Shown piece by piece: positions 58,102-64,000 of a DNA stretch of 64,000 nucleotides. Under the pieces are notes generated by a model. That model saw only the letters and a program-made list of their open reading frames with translations, was not told the DNA's origin and did no database searches. Source of the DNA: an uncultured Acidobacteriota bacterium (GTDB lineage Bacteria > Acidobacteriota > Thermoanaerobaculia > Multivoradales > DATKCC01). Location: positions 410,798 through 474,797 of the forward strand of contig CAVUBL010000010.1 in assembly GCA_963739795.1 (NCBI GenBank), read 5' to 3'. Position numbers and translations under genes: made by a program. The stretch's first letter is position 1. Each line of letters starts with the position of its first letter.

Positions 58102-60534
58102 ATGACCACCCTGCGCACCAGGCGAATCCTTCGGCGCATCGCGCTACCCGCTTCCCTCTTCTCCGTCGCCGCGTGGCTCGCGGCGCCGGTCTTCGCCGCC
58201 GCTCCGCCCGAGGCCGGCTACGACGGCTACGGCTCGGGCTATTCAGGCCAGGGCGGCGACACCCTGGACCCGGAGACCGGCGGCTACGACGGGAGCTACT
58301 CCTACGTCCGCACCCTCGAGGGCTCGGCCACGCTGATCCAGGGGGCCAGCGGCGACCGGCAACAGATCGAGGGCCAGCAGCCGGTCCTGGCCGGCGACCG
58401 GATCTGGGTCGCCCCGTCGGGCCGGGTCGAGCTGGTGCTGTCGGACCGCAACCGGCTGCGGATCGACGGCGGCTCGGAGGTCGTCTTCGACGCCCTGGCC
58501 TCCTCCCCCGACCGGCAAGACCGATCCACCCTGCTGCGCGTTCCCCAGGGCAACATCCAGCTCGTCGTGGCCGACGATTTCCTGGGCGACGACCTGCCGC
58601 GGATCGACACGGGGAATGCCACGATCTATCCCCGCGGCCCGGGAAGCTACCGGATCACCTCGGGTGGTGAGGACTGGACCGAGGTGGTGGCCCGCGACGG
58701 CGCGGCCGACGTGGTGACCCACGAGGGCTCGGTCTTGGTGGAGCCGGGCGAGGAGGCCGTGCTCGAGGGCCGCGGTTCGACCCGCTCGGACGTGCGCCGG
58801 GCCTCGGCCGAGGACTCTCTCGAGCTCTGGGGCCTGCGCCTGGACCGGGAGGCCCGGTACGCCGAGGTCCCCTACGTCGACGACTCGCTGCGCTACGAGG
58901 CGTCCTCCCTCGACCGCTACGGCTCCTGGGTCCAGCTCGAGGGCACCTACGGCTGGCGCCCGCGGGTGGCCACCGACTGGCGCCCGTACTGGGACGGCCG
59001 GTGGGACTTCAGCCCCTTGGGCCTCACCTGGGTGTCGTACGAGCCCTGGGGCTGGGTGCCCTACCACTACGGCTCCTGGGACTACGTGTCCAGCTACGGC
59101 TGGGTCTGGTTCCCCGGGAACCGGTTCGGGCCGGCCTGGGTCTACTGGAACTGGACCAACGACTACGCCGGCTGGATCCCGGTGGGCTATTACTCCCGCT
59201 ACTACCGCCACTACGTCGGCGCGTCGTTCGGATTCCGCCTCGGAGTCTACGGCTGGGCCGGAGGCGGCTGGAATGACTACGACGACTGGGTGTTCTGTCC
59301 CCGCGGGTACCTCGGCTACCGCCAGCAGAACCGCTACGCCGAGCCCGGCCGGAGGTTCGCCCGGGGCGAGGGCCAGCGCTACGGGGTGCCGCGCCGCGGC
59401 CTGATCACCACCGACACGCGAGGCCTGACCCGGGCCGAGCTGCGCAAGAGCGGCTCCATCGTCGACGTGCTGACCGCCGGGCGGCGCGGAGCGGGGCGCG
59501 ACCTGCCCGACGTGACCGCCTTCGTGGCGCGCAAGCCGGACCTGCCTCGGGACGTCCAGCAGACGGTCGTAGTGGACCGACGCGGCTCCGGCGGTCGCGA
59601 CCGAACTCCGTCCATCGCGGTGGACCGGGGGCAGCCCCCGGGCTCGCCGGACCGCTCGCGGGCCGGCATCGAGCGCCCCTCCCTGCGCACGCCGGAGGTG
59701 AATCGGCCCACGGCCGACGCCCCCCGCCGGGTCTCCCCCCGGCTCGACGCTCCCGTCGCGCGGGCGCCGGTCTCCCGGGACGAGTCCTGGCGCAGCAACG
59801 GGTCGCGTCCCGGGCTCCGGGCGCCCCGCGCCGAGGCTCCGCGCACCGAGGCCCCTCGAGCCTCCGGCCCGACGCTGGAACGCAGGCCCAGCCAGGCCCC
59901 GACGCTGGAACGCAGGCCCAGCCAGGCCCCGACCCGGAACGAAGTGCGGCCGCGGGCGGTGCCCGAGCGCCCCACCCGCACCGAGCCTCGTTCCAACGGC
60001 GACGCGGCGCGCCCGCGGACCTCGCCGGACCGGCCGCCCGAGCTCGGAAGAACCGCCGCGCCCTCGTGGCGCGACCGGCGGCCCCTCGCCAACGACTCGG
60101 TGGCGCCGCGAGTGGGCGGGGACCGTGGAGCCGGGAGGACCTACTCGCTGCCCTCCGTACCCCGCCGCGTGATCGACGGGGTCCGGGCGAACGGCTACTC
60201 TCGCGTGCCCATCGAGTCCTACCGGAAGCCGGTCACCGCCTCGCCGCCGGCTTCCTCCGTCCGGGTCCGCCCTGAGGTCGGCCGCGGAGTGCCCTCGCGC
60301 ACCGCTCCCACGCCGCGCACCTACAGCCCGCCGCCGGCGAGCGAGCGGTCGCGGTCGTCGGCGTCCCGCTCTCCGAGCCGGCCCTCCTCGCCGCCTTCGA
60401 CGAGGGCTCAGAGGCCGCCCTCCCACCGGTCGTCGTCGTCTTCCGCCTCGCGCTCGCGAAGCTCCTCCGGCAGCCGGAGCCGCGGCTCCTCCAGCCGCTC
60501 CTCCCGAGGCCACAGCCGCCCGCCCGGCGGCTGA
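58102..60534 (+). CDS. FecR-like + DUF6600 protein with Arg/Pro/Ser-rich tail
   Basis: Signal peptide; LDRYGSW..YGW.P..WRPYWDGRW..WVSYEPWGWVPYHYGSW aromatic repeat domain. Confidence 0.75.
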   Translation: MTTLRTRRILRRIALPASLFSVAAWLAAPVFAAAPPEAGYDGYGSGYSGQGGDTLDPETGGYDGSYSYVRTLEGSATLIQGASGDRQQIEGQQPVLAGDRIWVAPSGRVELVLSDRNRLRIDGGSEVVFDALASSPDRQDRSTLLRVPQGNIQLVVADDFLGDDLPRIDTGNATIYPRGPGSYRITSGGEDWTEVVARDGAADVVTHEGSVLVEPGEEAVLEGRGSTRSDVRRASAEDSLELWGLRLDREARYAEVPYVDDSLRYEASSLDRYGSWVQLEGTYGWRPRVATDWRPYWDGRWDFSPLGLTWVSYEPWGWVPYHYGSWDYVSSYGWVWFPGNRFGPAWVYWNWTNDYAGWIPVGYYSRYYRHYVGASFGFRLGVYGWAGGGWNDYDDWVFCPRGYLGYRQQNRYAEPGRRFARGEGQRYGVPRRGLITTDTRGLTRAELRKSGSIVDVLTAGRRGAGRDLPDVTAFVARKPDLPRDVQQTVVVDRRGSGGRDRTPSIAVDRGQPPGSPDRSRAGIERPSLRTPEVNRPTADAPRRVSPRLDAPVARAPVSRDESWRSNGSRPGLRAPRAEAPRTEAPRASGPTLERRPSQAPTLERRPSQAPTRNEVRPRAVPERPTRTEPRSNGDAARPRTSPDRPPELGRTAAPSWRDRRPLANDSVAPRVGGDRGAGRTYSLPSVPRRVIDGVRANGYSRVPIESYRKPVTASPPASSVRVRPEVGRGVPSRTAPTPRTYSPPPASERSRSSASRSPSRPSSPPSTRAQRPPSHRSSSSSASRSRSSSGSRSRGSSSRSSRGHSRPPGG
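59868..59934 (+). repeat. 30 bp tandem repeat (PTLERRPSQA x2)
   Basis: CCGACGCTGGAACGCAGGCCCAGCCAGGCC repeated twice plus a partial copy. Confidence 0.8.
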
Positions 60535-60597
60535 TCGGGACCGAGGAATCGAGAGCGAGAAGGGAGACCTCGTGCGAAGAGCGAATACAATCCCCCG

Positions 60598-60840
60598 GTG
60601 CGCCACGACCGGATCACCCTGTTTCTCTTCGTCGTCTACTGTGTGGAGATCGGCCTCTTCCTGATCTTCGCCCCGTGGACCGTCCTGTGGGACCGAACCC
60701 TCGCTCAGATCCCATCTCAGCTCGTGCGACTCTTCGTCCTCCACCCGGCGGCGCGGGCGGCGGTGACCGGTTTCGGGCTGGTGCACTTGGTGTGGGGAGC
60801 CCACGACCTGACGCTCCTCTTCTCCCGCCGCGGCTCATGA
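60598..60840 (+). CDS. Small membrane protein
   Basis: 80 aa, two hydrophobic segments, overlaps thiE start. Confidence 0.6.
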   Translation: MRHDRITLFLFVVYCVEIGLFLIFAPWTVLWDRTLAQIPSQLVRLFVLHPAARAAVTGFGLVHLVWGAHDLTLLFSRRGS

Positions 60841-61493
60841 AGCCCCGCGTCCCCCGCCTCCTAGCCATCACCGATCCAGTCGCCCTCGCCGAAGTGGGGC
60901 TCGAGGCCTGGCTCCGCCTCCTGGCCGATGCCGCCGTAGAGGCGGTCCAGGTGCGCGCCAAGGAGCTCGACGACCGCGACCTGCTCGAGCTCGCGCGGCG
61001 AGCCCGGGCCGGTCTGCCGGCGGCGACAACCGTGCTGATCAACGGCCGTCCCGATGTGGCCCTGATCGCCGAGGCCGACGGCGTCCACCTGCCGGCGGAC
61101 GGGCTGCCCGTCCCCGTGGTGCGCCGGCTGGCCGCCCGCCTCGGCCGGAAGCTCCTGGTCGGCCGCTCGACCCACCGGCCCGACGAGGTGGCGGCTGCCC
61201 GCGCCGAGGGCGCCGACTACGTGACCTTCGGGCCGGTCTACCCCACTCCGAGCAAAGAAACCTACGGTGAGCCTCCCGGGCTCGCCGGGCTCGCCAGGGC
61301 GGCCGGGGAGGGCCTGCCGGATCTGCCGAATCTGCCGAATCTGCCGGTATTGGCCCTGGGCGGGGTCTCGGCGGCGAGGATTCCGGAGATCGCCGCCGCG
61401 GGAGCGGCCGGGGCTGCGGGGATCCGGATGTTTCTCGACGGCGGAAGCGTGGCCGAGGCCGTGGCCGGGGCCGCCGCGGCCTGGCCCAGATGA
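60837..61493 (+). CDS. thiE: Thiamine-phosphate synthase family protein
   Basis: VQVRAK, LINGRPDVA..ADGVHL, GRSTH, DYVTFGPVYPTPSK and LALGG motifs. Confidence 0.88.
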   Translation: MKPRVPRLLAITDPVALAEVGLEAWLRLLADAAVEAVQVRAKELDDRDLLELARRARAGLPAATTVLINGRPDVALIAEADGVHLPADGLPVPVVRRLAARLGRKLLVGRSTHRPDEVAAARAEGADYVTFGPVYPTPSKETYGEPPGLAGLARAAGEGLPDLPNLPNLPVLALGGVSAARIPEIAAAGAAGAAGIRMFLDGGSVAEAVAGAAAAWPR

Positions 61494-61567
61494 GCCCGGC
61501 TGACCCCGACGGGGCCCGGCCGACGCCGGCCGCCGTGGTACATTCCTGCGACGGACGATCGACGCCG

Positions 61568-62092
61568 ATGACTCAAGCTCCCCGCAAGGTCGAGTACCTT
61601 TTCCTCTCCCTGGGCGTCCTGGTCCTCGACCAGTGGACCAAGTGGCTGGTGGAGGTCCATCTGCCCCACTCCGCCTCCATCCCGATCCTCGCCGGGTTCC
61701 TGAACCTCACCCACGTGCGCAACACCGGCGTCGCCTTCGGCTTGTTTGCGGCCCGCGGCGCTCAGGGCGGCACCTGGCTGCTGGTGGGCATGGGCCTGGT
61801 CGCCCTGGCCGCCGTGTTCCTGTACTTCCGCCTGGCTCCGGCGCGCAACCGCCTGCTGCTCACCTCCCTCGCCCTGATCGTGGGCGGCGCGCTGGGCAAC
61901 CTCATCGACCGCCTGGCGAGCGGCGCCGTGACCGATTTCATCGACGTCTACGTGAGCCACCACCACTGGCCCGCGTTCAACGTCGCCGACAGCGCCATCA
62001 CCCTCGGGATCGCCCTCATGGTGGTGGACAGCTTCCGGGCGCACCGGCGGCCCGAGGCCGGCGCCGAGCAGGCCGCGCCCTCCGAGGCTTGA
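61568..62092 (+). CDS. lspA: Lipoprotein signal peptidase II
   Basis: DQWTK, NTGVAFG, GGALGNLIDR, VTDFI and FNVADSAI motifs. Confidence 0.96.
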   Translation: MTQAPRKVEYLFLSLGVLVLDQWTKWLVEVHLPHSASIPILAGFLNLTHVRNTGVAFGLFAARGAQGGTWLLVGMGLVALAAVFLYFRLAPARNRLLLTSLALIVGGALGNLIDRLASGAVTDFIDVYVSHHHWPAFNVADSAITLGIALMVVDSFRAHRRPEAGAEQAAPSEA

Positions 62093-63048
62093 GCCCCCGC
62101 TTCCAGGTGCCGCCGGAGGCTGCCGGCGAACGCCTCGACCGCTATCTCGCCCGCCTCCTCGACGAGCCCCGCAACCAGGTCCAGCGCTGGATCCGCGAGG
62201 GCCTCGTGCTCCTCGACGGCCGGCCGGCCAAGCCCTCGGCCGCGCTGGCCGGCGGTGAGCGCCTGGACGCCGAGCCGCCGCCGCCCCCGCCGAGCGGAAT
62301 CGAGCCGGAGGCGGGCCAGCTCACCCTCCTGCACCAGGACCCCTCGCTGATCGTGGTCGACAAGCCGGCGGGTCTGACCGTCCACCCGGGGGCGGGCCGT
62401 TCCTCCGGAACCCTGGTCCACCGGCTTCTCGCTCGCTTCCCGGAGATCGAGGGCGTGGGAGGGCCGGGCCGGCCGGGCATCGTCCACCGGCTGGACAAGG
62501 ACACCAGCGGCGCCCTGGTCGTGGCGCGCACCCGGGAGGCGTACCGGGCCCTCCAGCAGGCGTTCTCCGGGCGGCGGGTCGAGAAGAGGTACCTGGCGGT
62601 GGTCTACGGTGCCCCGGAGCCCGCCCGCGGCGAGATCGCCGGGCCCATCGGTCGCCACTCGGAGCGGCGCAAGCAGATGACCGTCCGGGCCGACGGGCGG
62701 CCTGCCCTCACCCGCTACCGCACCGTGGCCTCCGCCTCCGGCGTGGCCCTCTTGGAGATCGACCTGGCGACGGGGCGTACCCACCAGATCCGGGTGCACC
62801 TCAAGAGCGTCCACCATCCGATCGTCGGGGACCCCGTCTACGGCGAGGCGCGCTGGAAGACCCTCCCCGGGCCGGTGCGGGCTGCGCTCCGGGCCTTTCC
62901 GCGCCCGGCCCTCCACGCCTGGCGCCTGGCTTTCGAGCACCCGACGACCGGCGAACGGGTCGCTTTCGAAGCCCCGGTGCCCGAGGACCTCCGATGTCTA
63001 TGGCAGGAGGTAACCGGCGAGCCGATCCCGGAGCTGCCGGCAGCCTGA
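62089..63048 (+). CDS. rluD: RluA-family pseudouridine synthase with S4 domain
   Basis: RLDRYL, VVDKPAGL.VHP, HRLDKDTSG, TGRTHQIRVH and LHAWRL motifs; lspA-linked. Confidence 0.9.
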   Translation: MSPRFQVPPEAAGERLDRYLARLLDEPRNQVQRWIREGLVLLDGRPAKPSAALAGGERLDAEPPPPPPSGIEPEAGQLTLLHQDPSLIVVDKPAGLTVHPGAGRSSGTLVHRLLARFPEIEGVGGPGRPGIVHRLDKDTSGALVVARTREAYRALQQAFSGRRVEKRYLAVVYGAPEPARGEIAGPIGRHSERRKQMTVRADGRPALTRYRTVASASGVALLEIDLATGRTHQIRVHLKSVHHPIVGDPVYGEARWKTLPGPVRAALRAFPRPALHAWRLAFEHPTTGERVAFEAPVPEDLRCLWQEVTGEPIPELPAA

Positions 63049-63118
63049 ATGAAGGCGGCGGGCTCCGTCCCGGCCCACCGGCGCTCCAGGCGTCAGATGT
63101 GTCGGATTCGAAGCCGCC

Positions 63119-64000
63119 CTACAGTAGATCGGCCAGAGGCGTGAACTCCTGATCCTGGGACTCGGCCACCGCCTGGCAGGTGATCTTGCCCTGGTGGGTG
63201 TTCACGCCGGCGAGCAGGCCGGGATCGTCGAGCACCGCCTTGCGCAGCCCCTTGCCCGCCAGCTCCAGGGCGTAGGGCAGGGTCACGTTGTTGAGGGCCA
63301 GGGTCGAGGTACGCGGCACCGCTCCGGGCATGTTCGCCACGCAGTAGTGGATCACGCCGTCGACGTCATAGATCGGGTCGGAATGTGTGGTCGGGTGGGT
63401 GGTCTCGAAGCACCCCCCCTGGTCCACCGCCACGTCGACCGCGACCGAGCCGTTCTTCATCTCGCCGAGCATCTCCCGGGTGACCAGCTTGGGTGCCGAG
63501 TGGCCCGGGATGAGCACGGCGCCGATGAGCACGTCGGCCCGCGCCAGGGCGGCGAGGAGGTTGTAGCGGTTGCTGTAGAGGGTGGTCACCTGCCCGTTGA
63601 AGGTGTCGTCGAGGAAGCGCATGCGGTCCAGGTTCGCCTCGAGAACCACGACCCGCGCCCCCATCCCCAGGGCGACCTTGGCCGAGTTCAGGCCCACGAT
63701 GCCGCCGCCGATGATGGTGACGTCGCCCGGCGGCACGCCCGGCACGCCGGAGAGGAGCGTTCCGCGCCCCCCGAAGCGCCGCTGGAGATAGTAAGCGCCC
63801 ACCAGCGAGGCCATGCGGCCGGCGACCTCCGACATGGGGGTCAGCAGGGGCAGGGCGCCCCGCCGGTCGGTGATCGTCTCGTAGGCGACCCCCGTGACCT
63901 CCCGCTGCTGGAGGACACCCGTCAACCCCGGCAGGGGGGCCAGGTGGAGGTAGGTGAACAGGAGCTGGCCGGTCTGGAGCAAGGGGTACTCGGGCTCGAT
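63119..64000 (-). CDS. ald: Alanine dehydrogenase (5' part outside window)
   Basis: [41 protein letters not shown] and [15 protein letters not shown] motifs. Confidence 0.96.
   Translation of the reverse strand: MEPEYPLLQTGQLLFTYLHLAPLPGLTGVLQQREVTGVAYETITDRRGALPLLTPMSEVAGRMASLVGAYYLQRRFGGRGTLLSGVPGVPPGDVTIIGGGIVGLNSAKVALGMGARVVVLEANLDRMRFLDDTFNGQVTTLYSNRYNLLAALARADVLIGAVLIPGHSAPKLVTREMLGEMKNGSVAVDVAVDQGGCFETTHPTTHSDPIYDVDGVIHYCVANMPGAVPRTSTLALNNVTLPYALELAGKGLRKAVLDDPGLLAGVNTHQGKITCQAVAESQDQEFTPLADLL

Noticed and set aside
61315-61348. 9 bp tandem repeat in thiE (LPDLPNLPNLP), plus the 12 bp repeat at 12839-12862
   Set aside because: In-frame slippage in loops; no sign of phase variation.

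Overview
GC-rich bacterial window; the gene content is consistent with Acidobacteriota, possibly Thermoanaerobaculia-like (inference). Left arm (1-17.7 kb) is housekeeping: nuoF-G-H-J-K-L-M-N (nuoI absent), rex, two c-type cytochromes, rsmD, a DHH-CBS-tRNA nucleotidyltransferase and tRNA-Leu(UAA). Right arm (53.6-64 kb) is housekeeping: tRNA-Cys, tRNA-Gly, yraN, cysS, def, thiE, lspA, an RluA-family gene and ald. Between them lies a ~35 kb accessory/defence region. It carries a Type I R-M system, a heavy-metal RND pump and a TonB-dependent receptor (each preceded by a CxxC...R[A/G]PP leader ORF), several toxin-antitoxin modules, and decayed plasmid/IS fragments. Its centrepiece is a diversity-generating retroelement (TR, Avd, RT) with two targets, TIR-NACHT-FGE/CLec and KAP-NTPase-FGE/CLec. 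Their variable repeats differ from the TR at 16 and 12 positions in the variable core, all at TR adenines. Signals the ORF track misses include a DUF4145(HEPN)-DnaA domain IV fusion, a probable selenocysteine OsmC-like gene, a RepA_C pseudogene and an internally deleted DUF4411 gene. Many accessory genes carry single-base indels that may be sequencing errors. All calls are from manual reading; no searches were run.
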